A stretch of DNA of 59,680 nt, filler included, from Sphacelaria rigidula (taxonomy: Eukaryota): assembly GCA_964200075.2 (NCBI GenBank). It is 7 parts of 7 records of this genome, joined end to end, with 100 filler letters (N's around TTAATTAATTAA, not from the genome) between each part and the next. Parts side by side here need not be neighbours in the genome. Positions count along the whole stretch, not along the records: positions 8,542 to 16,981 come from CAXNAA020011121.1; positions 17,082 to 25,521 come from CAXNAA020011122.1; 5 more parts are not named here. One strand, given 5' to 3'. The translations under genes were made by a program, and so were the position numbers. Shown here in pieces: positions 10,598 to 24,052 of this stretch. How positions within the stretch are numbered: the first letter of the stretch is position 1; each line of letters opens with the position of its first letter. The notes under the pieces were generated by a model that had not been told where the DNA came from, did not search any database, and was given only the letters and a program-made list of their open reading frames with translations.

Positions 10598-13500
10598 CTG
10601 TACGGAACCCTCCCACCAGCTCCGCCGCCGCCCGATAGCCTGCCCGAAATACCACTTCCCGCGCTCTCCGCACCGGAGTTATCTCGATTCCTGGCGTCCC
10701 TGTTCGTCAGCGTCGTCGAAGCTCGCGATGAGGAAGGGGCGCCGCCGCCGGGCCGTTTGGAAGTGGGGGATCCGCACTGCGACATCGCCCTTGAGTGAGG
10801 CGGGGACGATCTGGGACTTGTAGACGGTGACGGAGGGTGCGAACGTGATGCTGGTGTTGGCGAGTCTGAAAGCGCTGATATCGATAGCCGCGAGGCCGAT
10901 ACAGACCGTGCTGGTAGTCGGGATAATCCAAAGGTACTCCGACGTAACAAGTCTACGGATGATGGAGAGGCGGATACTGGAGTACCTATAGCGGCACCCG
11001 TGATGACGGCAGTCGTAGCGGCTGCCGCGGTCGCAGCTGCTTCAGCCGAAGGTTCGATGGGTTTCGGAGCGGCAGAATGGTTTCCCGTGGGTTCCGTATA
11101 TGATTGCGTAGTGGTATGCCCGGAAGCAGGAACTCTCAATTCTTCGGTGGATGCCTTATTGTTGCCGGGGAGAGCACCAACTTGCCATTGATGTGGCAAG
11201 AGAGTGCTAGTCGGGGAGCTTCTGTGACGGTGGCGAGGCACGAGGGGCACGGAAGTCGGGGGGCATGAGTGCTCGAGTTTCGTAGGGAAAAGATGTGGTG
11301 CTTTGGCTGGCTGCGACACCCGGGGGGAAGACGAACCAAGTTGAATGAAATGTAAACAGGATGACGTAACAGTCGTAGACCTCGAGCACATGTTTCGTCA
11401 ATGTTCAAGGCGCCTCGTGCAGTGGTGCTTTCCCTGCACAAGCAACTTACGGTGTGCTGGTGCTCGGGGAAGTCAGTGTTGCAGCGGGATCGTGGTTGTC
11501 ATTGCCCTCTCCAGAACTGACCGTCTTGCGATGGAGGCTGTTGCGGGGTGTTGACCGGTTCGAAGGGGCCCGCGATCGTCCCTTGGATCACGTTTGAGCA
11601 AATGTTCGGATGTTGCGCTGGCGTTTCGGAGCACTAACATGGCGAATTGAGCAAGCTTCTTGCCGCTTCGGTAAAGCAAACGGGCGGATTCACGTTCACG
11701 TCTTGCTGCTGATAAGATGTACATCTATGGTTTTCCTCTCTATCTTACTCTGTGCTGTGTTTTCCCATCTAATTTCCGCTACAGTGGGGTTTCGTCGTGT
11801 ACTACGAGTCTAGTGGAGCATGACCAAAGCACACAGCACGCATCGAAGTGCATTTCCTTCGGCCCGCGTGTATCCCTCGTCCGTACAAGAAAACAGCACA
11901 CCATATATTCACTTCGACATGCAAGCACACAGCAACGATACATCAACAAAACTCTAGCGAATTGCTCGGCTCAGTCCCAAGAACGGCCGACGGAGCCCAA
12001 CACGGCATGTGATGCCTGCAGAAATACAAACGGCTGTGCAGCAGACGTTATCGTGTAGGTTATTGCACCTCGTCAGAAGCGTCAGCAAGGGCCTTGATCA
12101 CCCTCCCCAGGGTCAGAAGGGATCTGTTGATGGACGCCCCTTCCTTCAGACGAGTTCCCGCTGATCCCGCAGAGTTCGAGTTCTCAGAGCCGGCTAGATC
12201 CACCAGGTTCACCTGTCGACACCGAATATCCCAAATGCGAACTCAACCGGTACATGCGAGCGACACGGGAAACACCTAGTAGCCCATTCCGGTGCATCAT
12301 TTTGTCGGAGGAAAATACACCATGTGTTTCAGCCGTGCGTCTCGTGCGCTGAATGACTGAATGAAGGGGATTTTTGCCCCTGAAGCTCGGGCTCCGGTTC
12401 GGGTGCCACCAGTGGGCTGCAATGCCAACCCGGTTAGGGCAGAGTTTAGGATTCGGATCCCAGTATTGTCTCTGAGGAGTGTCTGATATCCGCCAATGAA
12501 AACATGAGGACGTGGGTTTAATAGAAAATGTGACGGAAAAAAGTCGAGGCGGAGTAGGAGGGCCTTATTAATCCGCGTCATGAAAATAACAGGCATGTCC
12601 CGAGTGATATGGGTTGATCCCTTGAGACCATTAGACCATGAGACCCCGGACTTGTCCCAAGGGAGAAGAGGGGTTGAAAGTATGACGAAATTTTAAAATA
12701 GTGCACACGTCGTGGCTCAAGGGCAAGAGCGCATCGTCATCGCCGTGCATTGTAGGTAACGCACGAGTGTCGCACGTGAAGGATGACCCTCTACTGGACA
12801 CCGTTCTAAGGAGAGCCCATCGATCTTGTGACGACGGTGGGGGCAGGACACACCTTGCTGACCGTTAACCCCTCGGCCCCTGTTTCCTTGTCGTAGTCAG
12901 TCTTGGTGGCCACAATGGTGAAGATGGCATGGCTACGAGAAGATGCCTCGTTCATGTTCGTCCCAGCCACGACCCTCCTGGTTGAAAGCCAAGACAACAC
13001 GGAGTATGCAGTTTGAAGACGCTGTCAAGAGGAGGGAAATCCACGGTGTCTAACCCGGTAATATCCCTGCCTTTGTAGCAGTACCAAGTAGTAGATCGCT
13101 TTGTGCCTCGTCGCCCAGACAAGATCGACTCACGTTGGTGATAGCTTCATCTTATTTTCTAGCTTCGGTGTGCTCACTCGGATGTGCTGAGCTGGTGACA
13201 GTCTAGCTGACGCAGAGTGATGACGGGCGAAGGGCTCAAGTGAAGGAAGAGGGGCAACTGGAGGATTCGTCGAGATGCGCCTGGGGGAAGACGCGTTACG
13301 ACATCAAGCTAAGGGATCAAGATATTCCCTTCGTAACCGCGGAACCGAGTACTACCACAGTTCTTCATAGCAACGGGGATCCATCTTTTCATCTACGGGT
13401 TCATGCAGTCAGGCTATGTGGAACACCGGTAACAGCGCCGTTGAGCCTGTTTACACACTTGATGCTCGAGGATGAGCATTAGAAGAGGTTCCATCGCCCT

Positions 13501-15997
13501 TTGAAGAATATGACAGCATATGCTGGTGTCTCCTACAACTACCCGTCATCATCAAAAACTGTTTCGGACAATTGAATCCCTTTCTGCTATCGACGAGAGC
13601 CTGGCTCTCATCTGCTCCTCGAAAGAAGCTAAACTCCGAACAGAATGCATGGTGGACATGACTTGAACAATACCCTGGATATATGACAAAATATCAGCGA
13701 CAAGGTGAGATTAGCAACAAGCAATGCGGTGCTTTGGTACCCACCCACCTTGCTTGCCCTTCGACAAGCAATCGCTCCGTTTCAGAAGCCGTGGAAACGG
13801 GCTTATTCAGCACTCCCTCGACGAAAGGGCCTTTGGTTGGGTGCTCCCGAACCTACCGAAGGTATGGAGGGAATAAAAGGTTCGGAAGTGGATGGCTACT
13901 CGATGCTCGTGTAGAGCAGGAATCACGTAAAGTGAGTTACACGCTCGCGCGGGGGCCTGTTCATATCGTAGGATACGGTCTGTATCGATGGTTTGGTGTT
14001 CGACAGGTGTCCGGTTCTTGTAGCAGCACGTCGATGCTAGCAGACACATCTGACTAATAATCTCCGAGAGGCATCATATCGTGGTGGAAGTCGCCTACCG
14101 GAGCGGGGAGGCGGGGTAGGGGTGGGGGAGTAGGGGCGGGTGGAAGGGTAGTTCCTTTCAGCGCATAGCACGCTCCAGATCACTCTCTGTTTCCGCGTAC
14201 CCCCATGGTTATCAGCGCTATTCTAGTACCTTTAGATTCTGATTCGGTCGACCGGAGGTGTCCAACAGATCGCGCACTTTTTCCATGTATATCTCCGTGA
14301 ACGACACGCTGTATGTGTGGAAGGAAAGCCAAACGTAGCGGGAGGGGCATGGGTGGCGATGGCGTCGTCTGTCGCTGTCCATTTGATAAAGCAAGGTTTG
14401 CCGTCAAGACCGGCGTGGGTGAACAAATGACATTGAGAACGGTCGGATAGTCATGAGTGTGTTGCACTCGCAATCCTTATCCTCCGCCGTACCTGAAACT
14501 CCAGGTGGTGCTCATGGTGTTCCCTTGCTGAGAACTAGAATCCTTTCCCCCTACGGCAGATGACTCCTTTCTCCCTATGCTGGCAGCATCAGCCCCACTC
14601 GCCACCGCTCTATCACCATCTGGCATCGCCTGTCTTACTCCAGCCGTTGCAACCGCAGCGCGCTCGAAGATATACTGGCAAATTCTCGGGATCACACCCC
14701 GCTGTGCCCCGCTGCCGACCCCGGCTCCCAAAACGGGCGATAGCTTTTCTGCTGTTGGCGGCAATCCGTCGGTTGCTTCCCCACTCCCTTTTTCTGTTTC
14801 GTGGGCGTTGCTAGACGCATTCTCTCGATCTGTCGCTCGTGATGACGAGGATGGCGATGATGGTGGCGATGCTGACTGCGGGGATATTGGTGAAATAGGG
14901 GCTGACGATGATGTTGGAATCCCGGGGGCGGCGAGGGAAGTACCAGATGTGGAAGGCGTGGCATTGGCCACAGCAGCGGGTGTTGCAGAGGGATCGGCCC
15001 CGCCCATCATCGTGAACGTTTTTCCAGAACCCGTCTGGCCGTAGGCGAACAGGCATGTATTGTACCCCGACAAACATTTGTCCACCACATCTCGACCAAT
15101 GGCTGTTGATGGATCGAGGCGGTTACAGCAAAATGAGGCGCATCACGCAATGGTTGGTGAAGTCATATCTGGATGCAAGGGTACAATTTTGAGGACACCT
15201 CTCTGAGGGAACCGCTGCATGGTAGCACAGGGTCAGACTTACAACAAGAGGGCGGCTTTCAGCGGCAACCTCAGAGTGCCCGCGCCCTTGGATCACTGTT
15301 TGAGTCGTACTTTCGGCAGGTTTAAAAGTAAACAGTAAACATCGTAGCTTACCGCACCTTCAAAAACATTGTTTTGCGTGGTGTACGGTGCAGGATATCT
15401 GCCACATGACCCCTGTCGTTCCTGATCTTTTGACCCCGCGAACATACTCCAGAACACCTTGTCGAAGGTAAAAGTGGTGGTGCTCCCGGAGGACGTTGTA
15501 GCAGACCGCGGCACGACGATATCCGATTGTGTTGCGGAGTCTCCATTGACTCGCCTTTTCGTTAATTTTTGGCGACAGGTTGACAGGAAAAAGAACCTCA
15601 GGTTTGAACTAAGCGTATCCTGTGTACAACCGGCTGCACGCGCTCGACCTGAAAGTCAATCCATCGACGAGCTGAATGCCAACGTCACGGAACATTACAG
15701 TACGGCGCGCAACATTTCCAGGCGTGAACAAAAACCTGCATTCTTGACGAAACTGTGGCCCTCTAGGGCATTGGTCTGCTATAATAGTTCATTTCGCCCG
15801 CACGATATAATTCGAATAAACGGTTCAGCCCCTGCCACATTATACCTCCGCTGGGCCTCAGAGCCGTCCCTGTCGACAATAATTGTGTCGAACCCCCCCA
15901 CTGCTGGAAATAGGCCGATCTCTTTTTTACCGGGCCCTTTATCAGGCGGACGAATCCTCACAGTCACGGTCACTCTCGTGGATCCAGCGAGGCCCGT
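10598..15997 (-). CDS. Kinesin motor-domain protein (kinesin-3-like motifs), partial multi-exon gene
   Basis: Phase-consistent exons: 15997-15846 (VTVRIRP), 15554-15358 ([16 protein letters not shown]), 15102-14493 ([25 protein letters not shown]), ~14308-14231 ([14 protein letters not shown]), 13852-13749 ([13 protein letters not shown]), 12977-12854 ([14 protein letters not shown]), 12212-12069 ([21 protein letters not shown]) and 11154-10598 (ends VPYR). Start and 3' exons not located. Confidence 0.93.
12296..12705. repeat. Interspersed repeat in a kinesin intron; related copy at ~59500-59680
   Basis: tgggttgatcc(c/t)ttgagac and cttgtccc(a/g)aggga are shared between ~12610-12665 and ~59640-59678. 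Boundaries approximate. Confidence 0.5.
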
Positions 15998-17580
15998 CTG
16001 CGTATCGAGACCAAAGCGTGCGCATACGGTGGGATTGAAATATTTAGTGGGGGAACACCTGGGCAAAGTTTGGAATGTACATGCTCGTATGGGCAACGGT
16101 ATTACATTTTATTTGCGCAGACCCTCTTTACCCTCTATTAGGACATATAGTTTGAAGAAACAGGGCCTGTAGAAGGAAGGTATAGTAAGTAATATTGGCC
16201 TTGGGATGGGATTCACTAGTGACCTCCACACTATTTCCTGCGCAATGAACGAAGAAAAGTGTCCCTGAATACCTAAAGTGTTTACCAGTGTTAGCTTCCA
16301 CTCGAATGTACAGCAGGCTATTCGTAGCGGCTCGGGTCTGTATCGTGTTTTGCCGCAAAGAGCGAACGAGACCGCGGCCGTGAGCCGCGGCAACACGTGA
16401 GAGGTGGAACAGTGGCCCCCGAGAGGTATATTTAGAATATTTTGACACTGTAGGGTACAGTGAACGCGAGACTTTTTCAAAGCAAATGTAGCTGAAAGGC
16501 GTCGTTTTACGGGGCGTGTCGTCATCGACCCAACAATTTCTACTCCACGCCCATACTCGTACAACGAACGGTATATCAATGGCGACAACAAGATACAAGG
16601 TTGGCCAAAATTGGCAATTATGACGAGCAAACATTGATATAACAATATTTCAAAATGAGTAGGAATATCTTGCCGTTTTGGCCCGTTTTGGGCTCAGGAT
16701 AGCTTTACCAGACAACCATCAACCGTGCATCTATTCTACGTGAGCACCATCCCCCTCTCGTTTTGTTCCGTTTTGCTTGTTGTGTAGACCAACATGTGTA
16801 GAGCTAGAAATATAAAGGAAGCGATACCGCACTTTCTCGGCGAGAGCAACGAAAATCAGGCCAAGACACGTCTTTGTGCAATTCGTGGAAAACTCGCGGA
16901 CCACCGTACCCAAGGGCGGGTGAAAAACATATTCCTGGACCCACACTCACTTTTTTCCATTTGGGGCCGATTGGGGAGGGGNNNNNNNNNNNNNNNNNNN
17001 NNNNNNNNNNNNNNNNNNNNNNNNNTTAATTAATTAANNNNNNNNNNNNNNNNNNNNNNNNNNNNNNNNNNNNNNNNNNNNCCCCCCCCACCTTTACGAG
17101 CCCGCAGTACTGTGTACTGAAATCAAGTTCGTTATATGATGTGCTATACACTGTAGTGGGACAGGTTAAAAATTGAAAATTAATTACTTGAAATCGATGG
17201 GCTGTATAATCTAACTCGTACCAACGGTAGCACCGCCCTCTTTTCATGCCTGCTCAACTATCAGGGATTTGTTTATCTTTTCGTCGTGTTGGTGGAACCT
17301 GGAATTCGAACCTCGGATTTTCTGTTCGTAAAGCGGTCGGGTTATCTAATGGAATCGCCGATGTGAAAACGCCATTCCTCGACAGACGCTTGTGTGAGAA
17401 TTGTCCCCTGTTATGCGGTGATGTCCACATACACGCTTGTGTGTGGCCGACATTTTGCTGTGTACATATGGCACTACCGCGAGATATGAGACACTTCCGC
17501 CTAGGACAGCATTGTCACACGTCGGACGCATAAACCAAACTTCTTGAAACGTTGTTGCTCTGTATCGGTTGAGGGAACAG

Positions 17581-20500
17581 GGCGCTAGCAGAGAGCGGAG
17601 AAGATCCTGACCCCACCGTTCTCCTGGAAGCGGGCTTGGTTTTGGAATCACTCGGGAGAATTGGCGAGGCGGCGGTGAGCCATAGTTCGGTACCCCCTGT
17701 GCAAACGTAGCACGACTTTATCGCAGCTACGCGATCGATACTGTTTTCTTGTGTGTCAGACATGTTGTGATTTATACCTGGCGTACTTTCAACACGTATT
17801 TTGTTGTTCGATTTCCTGGCGGAAAGGTCTGACGTAAACGGAATCGTCGTTCAGGCCGAGTTGGTGAACTTTCTTGTGAGGATGGCGTAACACTTGCTCG
17901 CGTGCTATCGGCAAAATCAACACAGTCGTCGTCAGAGACCAGAGTCGCATGCCCGTCCTCTTCGTCGTCACCTCGGTGAGACTTGCATCCTCGCGGACCT
18001 GACTTTCCTTCTAAACCGCCCCGCGCCCAGGGGCGTCCGGCGGACCACACAAAGACCGAAGGAAGTTAGCATCGGAAAGGTAATTTTCGGTGGATAAAAC
18101 ACGTTTGTGTTCGTGTGTTTGCCATCGCTGACGGCCGTAAGCCAAGACGTCTGCGTTTTACTGTCACTTGGAGAGACCGGCTTCAGCGGCGGTCATCCCG
18201 ACATCAGTGGTACGCCAAGTTTGCACACGTCGCACAGCTCATGAGCTACCCGAATATTACTTGTTATTAGAGTACTGATCCGGATCATGAGCTCGCTCAT
18301 TTGGCCACTATTTCTGTATTAGCTCTAGATAGCGATAGACGCCGACCATGCCGTGTAGCGGGAAGGGGATGCTTTGGCTGCTCGGACACTGCTGTCACGT
18401 GTTTTGTGTTTGTGTACAATGAAACCTGAGGATTCTCTTCGATTAGTTAAATTAGGTAGCTGATGGGCTGTCCGACGTATGCAAGTTTGTAATGCTCATC
18501 ACGCGCGCGCACGCGCACACGCCTCTTTCGATCCGTTGCAGAGCATCTGTTTTGAATGAGGGCTCTTGTCATAGGACAAGCGGTTTGTTTGATAACTTGT
18601 TTTACCCTCCCTTCCCTGAAAGAGCCCTTGGTTCGTCTGACGGTGAAACAAATTATCATCGTCCGTGTTTTCCACCCAAAAGGGTCCCCTCGAGAGTAAC
18701 AAGACTATAAAAGGGCAGTGTCACACAGTGCTCTTGGACTCTGCGAACGAATGCTACTTCCCATTCTCCTTTATTCTCAAAAGGATTACTTTGGGAGAGC
18801 GACACTGCTGGATGCTGAAAGCATAGAGGCGGCGAAACACCTTGGGCAGTGCCAGAGTCGCCTGGGACGCCACCACGAAGTGAGTTATACTGGAAGAGAG
18901 CTTTTGGCGCTGACGAGTGGGAGACGCCCTCAGCCCACCGAATCATCCGTTTTTCCTTTGGAAAAGTGATGACTCCTGCTCTCGAAGATTGTGGATGGAC
19001 AATTGCGGGTATACACCACAGTCGACCTTTGTCGTGTTGAAAAAACCAAACCGCACGCAATGTTGAGGTACACACATGCATGCTGTGTGCTCCACGATTT
19101 TTCGGGTTCTCATTATTGCGAGGCTCTCCAAAGGTGTTATGCCTTGTGATTAGGTGGCCTAGCATCAGCACGTTGTGGTGATGTTCAATCGACGGACTTC
19201 ATTGCCAGTGATAAAACGTCGGCGGGCCGATTTGGGGGCCACACGTGCTAAGTTCGAGCACAACGGGAGACCCGTGCGCGTCCTGATAACACGCGCTTCT
19301 CATCCATTTATGTTGGGAAGCCCGCCGGCAGCCACAAGTTTGTTACATGCACATATACCATAAGATTCGTTTTTTGCAGACACCTTGTCGGCGGAAGCAT
19401 GAGTGTTGTTTATTCTTCCGACTTGAAATCGTCTTGGTTGCCGTTGCATGGTCATTCCTGCAGGCGCTAGAGTCGTTCCTCAAGGTCTCCAAACTCGATC
19501 CCGGAAACCCCGAGGTGTACACTCTCCTGCACGCCACCGTAAGCGAGGCGCGGGTTGCCGCAGGCATAGAAGAACCGGAAATCTCCTCCTCGGGCAGTCC
19601 AGATGAGTCTCGGGGCGTTTCCATCGGTGCCAGGGAAGGAGACTTGGTAGAAGATGAATCAGTGCGTTCCGAGACCGCCACCATAGTGTTGGGCAGGAAG
19701 CAGAGCGCGCAAACCTCAGATCCCACAACAGCAGTGTTACTTGAACGTAGTACAACAGGAAAACAGAGCGGAAGGGAAGAGACCGTCGAGCCCAAGGGCG
19801 TTAATATGAGGGAAGATCAGGAGGACCCGTTGACAGGGGTAGACCCGGATAGCGAAGGGTTGCGGCATGTTTCGGTGGATGGGCAAGAAGTCGGCGTCGA
19901 CACGGTACCCGTGGAAGATATGCTTCCAGCAGCGGTGGCGGTGACGCAGGGAGGAGATTCTTCTATTGCGCGGTCTACGTCAGGCGTAGACGAGAGCGAT
20001 TTAGGTTGGGAGGGTGCAATGGACGCGAAAACTTCCGTGGGAGAAGAAGTGTTGGGAGGGTGTAAGAGTAGGTTTACCGCCGATCTTGCCGTATTGAGCG
20101 GCGACGAAAACGAGAAGGTAGCCTCCACAATGGAGGGAGGTGATGGAGGGTCAAGTGTTGCTGATAGCGGGACTTGTCCCTATTCTAGCGATGATGAAGT
20201 GACAGTGACTCGAGATGGCGCACCGGAAGACGTGAGCTCTATTGAGGCAGAGGGTAGGTCTCTTTTGCAAGAGGTGTGGGCGGACGAGGGGAGCTCCAAT
20301 GACCCTGCGGGGCTGCCGCCGGACCCACACCACTTCGGGACCGCGGAAACGACGACTGCGCGAGAGGGTTCGGGCGCGACAATTTTGTCTGACCACAGCA
20401 TGCTGAAAAATGTGGGGCTTGGCGAGTTTCCTCACGCTTCATGCGCAGTACATGAGGCAACAGAAGGGGCGCAGCGGACAGTTGAGGTCGCTGAGAAAAC

Positions 20501-23500
20501 TGTCCATTCGGAACGTGTCCATCCAGATGTCAGCAATATTTGGGTGAAGCACGAGGACGTACTAGGATCGATAGGAGAAGCAAGCGGCGTCACGAGTGGA
20601 GATGCAGCAGGACATGGGTTCGGAATAGCCCTTGACGAAGTTCCCTCCACCCCGGCCCGAGGCGAAGATAGCCACAAGATCCCTGCGACAGGCGGCTGGA
20701 CAGGTGGCGTGGGAAAGGACGAAGGACTCACGGCGAACTCTGTAGGAGATGACGAAGCAGAAGTGGGTAACATGTCCTCAACCTTGGTACCTGACGGTGA
20801 TAGCGAAATAGCTTTTGGCGGGAGCAGCAACGGCGAAACCAACAGCGGAAAGGGCGAAACAGAAGGCGGAAATAACAATGACCATACTTTCTCGTTAGCG
20901 GTCTTGGAAGATGAGAATAACATTGAGCATACTGCAGCAAAGTCTTCAGCAGGAGAAAGTACCGAAGGGACGAGCGAACTTTCGTCGTCCTCTGCCGTCG
21001 ACGACAACAGCGTACTTATCATAGACAGCAGTGATGGAGTCGGCGGTGGCGCTGGAGCAGTAGAGGGAGGTAGTGACGATCCTACCGCACCAAGGGCGAG
21101 CTCGACAGGGGCTGAGAGTACAAATACAGCAATCATGACAGGTTCAAAAGGAGATCATATCGAAGAGGTGGATGGAATTTCTTCATCCTCGATGCTGGAC
21201 GGCAACAGAAGCGCAGAAACAACCCCGAACGGCGGGGGCAGAGACGAAGCCGGCAGAGGAGGCGCCGTCCTAGCAGACGGAAGTGATGGAGACAACCAAA
21301 CCACATCAGCGGCGGCGAGCTCGACAGAAGCTGAGGGCAGAGATCCAGGATCACCAGCGACTACAGGGACGGCGGGAAAACAAGACAGCGATCGTCCTGC
21401 CGTGACGTCGGCAGAGGAGACGTCGGACAGGCCGGATGATGCGAATGCAAAAGTTCCCAATGAAGGTGAGGGAGGAACATCAGAGGAGAGCGTGTCGGGG
21501 TTCCCAGGCACCGGCTCAGCTGATGGAGCGGCCGCGAAGGCAAGCGACGGGGCGCCGACAGAATTAGGTGAACAGGGTACGGCGGGGCAACAGCTCGGTG
21601 AAGACCCGACATTGGAAGCGAACGAAGGGAAAATTGTAAGAGTCGGGCAAGGTGCGGTTGGAAACTCAACTGAGACTGGGGAAACTACCGTAGTAGGTGC
21701 CACAGGCGGTGGCAGCGGTGGCGGTGACGGAAAGGACGAAGTCGTCGCAGAAATCGTGGACGCTGCTGCGGCGGGAAAACCAGAGGTTGATACTGTGGAC
21801 GAGGCCGATGTGAAGAGGGCGAGGAGCAAGGTCAAGCTGGGATTGGCCCACCTACAGCAGGGCAAAGCGAGAAAAGCCGCCGCGCTCTTTGACAGGGCTA
21901 CCTCGCTGGACCCTGGCTGGTGGGAAGGATTCTACTACTCAGCTCTCGGTGCGACCATTTTATTCATTCACGGGATGCATGCCGTATGCCGCTGCGGCAA
22001 AGTTCTATTACGAGCCCGCATTTGTTGCGTCGATGCTTGCTGCCGGCGTGGGGAGTTTGGGTTGTATTCTCGATATTGCCGCTCTCTATAGGTGTCTAAC
22101 GAGCTTCCGGTATTGTGTTGGGTTTGTGAAGTCGTATAAAAAACGTTCACTGTCGCGTCGTGCTCTGGCATCGTGTGCTGGCTTGTTTTCAGGCCTTGTT
22201 TTCACGCTGACATCCAATCTACCCCGTGGCCATTTCAAGCCTAAAAGCTCCCTTGTGCTCTGCTATTCGATGGCGATACAAAGTGGCAGTGCGGTAGTAG
22301 GTTTTCGGCGCTAGAGACATTAGCTACAGACTTATACCATACGGTGTAGCTGCGCTCCCCGCAATGCGCAATGCTGCGATGTCGAACATGAACGTCATGT
22401 CTCTTGCATTTTCGTGTTACCCTTTCGGTTGCCACACAGCCCGAGATGCCTTGGGAGAGCCTGAGACGGCAGCCGACGCTCTCATTTCGGTGCTTCAACT
22501 CCCGCCGCCAACAGGAGCTGGAGAATCCTCGCAGATAGCGGGGCTTGCCTCAAAGATTTCAGTCTCGTTGAAAAGGCAAAAGGTGTGGTTTCGGTCGTCT
22601 CGGTATGGTCGATTGACATGCGTGAATGACGTATGCGGTACACAAACTGTGTGTCGTTCTGTACCTATGAACGGAGAAAAAGTGGGAGGTGGAAATCTCT
22701 TTTTCCGTCACCAGCATACTTTCGGACAACTATAGGGTTCTCTCGGATCAATTGTCACTGCAACATGTCCGCACATGCAAGCCCGTCAGGGTTTAGTGCG
22801 TTTTTCACGAAAGCTGCCCACCGCACTAATTTTCACCACATGCGTCCAATATCTTCACCGCTTTCTCCCCAACAAGCAGGGAGCGAAGGCGGCCGCAAAG
22901 GCAGAGGGCCTTGACGCAGCCATGGCGGCCGCAGGCCTTGAGTTCGGCATCTCAATTCCTACCGCTCCCCCTCGCGTGAGTAGTCCCGGCGCTGCCAACC
23001 GAAATCCACGAGCTCCCCTGGGAGACATCTCCAACCTTGACGCCGAAGGCGTCGGCCGAGCAGCTAGCATGGACGGCGGCGGTGCGGACGCCACCCTCGA
23101 GACAGGCCTTTCCAAGTTGGAGCAAGGAAAGTTGGGGGAGAGTGGTGTAGTTCGGGAGCGAGGCGGCCGGGGCGATACAGGAAAGTCAGGCCGGCCGTTT
23201 GGCAGAGAGCCTGACGGACCCGGGCGTGGCACTGGGGGTGCCGGCCGGGGGAGAGGAGGTGGGGGGGGCATCGGTGGCCGAGGTGGACCGGCATCACCGA
23301 TCAAAACCAATTCCCCCGAAGCAGGTATGAAAGGTCCTGCGTCGGGTCCCGCGGCGGGCCCCGCAAAGACACGAGGGCCCGTATCCAGAACGTCAACGGG
23401 TCCTCAGGGTGGTGGTGATGGCAGCGGGGATGCGTCGCCTCCAGCTGCGAGTGCGGCGCGTCATGGTTTCTCTGGGAGGGCCGCGCGAGAGGATTCTGAA

Positions 23501-24052
23501 CGATCGCGTGATGATGGCGGGCAAAGGATGCCTAATCGAGGCAGTAGGGAGGGTGGCGGTATTGGGGCGACCGGTAGTAGTATTGATCCTGGTGGGGCGG
23601 GGGCGGTTGGGCAGAGAGGTGATGGCGTCGGTGTTGGTACAAGAAACGTTGCCAGCGGTGGAGACGGGCAGCCGAGTAAGCGGGAAGGTGGCGGGGGGAA
23701 GGTGGGGTGGGGGGGCGGCGGGCGTAAAAGGGGACCTTGGTCTGCTCAAAAGCGCCAGGGTGCGGCGGGGACAGTGGAGGGGCGCGTAGAGAATGGGAAG
23801 CCCTCGGTCATCGACCCTAAAGCTAGCGTTGACGAAATTATCTCGAGTATGGGGTTGAATCGAGACATCACGTTGCAGGGGCTTGGCGGGGGTAGCGAGA
23901 AGTTGGGATTGTCACCCGGTGACAGGAGTAGGAATTCGAATTCAGGTGGCAAGGACGGGACGTTGGAGGAAGGTCAGAAGGGCTGGGGAATAGGGAAGGG
24001 CTTTCAGCGACTCTTCAGAGGCAAAACCAAAGGTCAACCAGGGGAAAAGTAG
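17581..24052 (+). CDS. TPR-repeat protein with long acidic/Gly-Ser-rich disordered regions, 5'-partial multi-exon gene
   Basis: Phase-consistent exons: 17581-17674 (VLLEAGLVLESLGRIGEAA), 18784-18879 (DYFGRATLLDAESIEAAKHLGQCQSRLGRHHE), 19464-21948 (ALESFLKVSKLDPGNPE...LGLAHLQQGKARKAAALFDRATSLDPGWWEGFYYSAL), 22441-22582 and 22880-24052 (TAG). TPR helix-pair patterns present. Confidence 0.85.

Noticed and set aside
11473-11724. Extra kinesin exon ([18 protein letters not shown]...)
   Set aside because: Acceptor phase does not match the phase-0 donor at 12069 and the frame ends in a stop. It needs RNA-seq to be excluded completely.
20432-21865. Long minus-strand ORFs (234 and 236 aa)
   Set aside because: They are antisense shadows of the GC-rich TPR exon.
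10598-24052. Kinesin and TPR gene as a divergent, linked motor-adaptor pair
   Set aside because: They lie on different contigs separated by an artificial linker, so there is no evidence of physical linkage.
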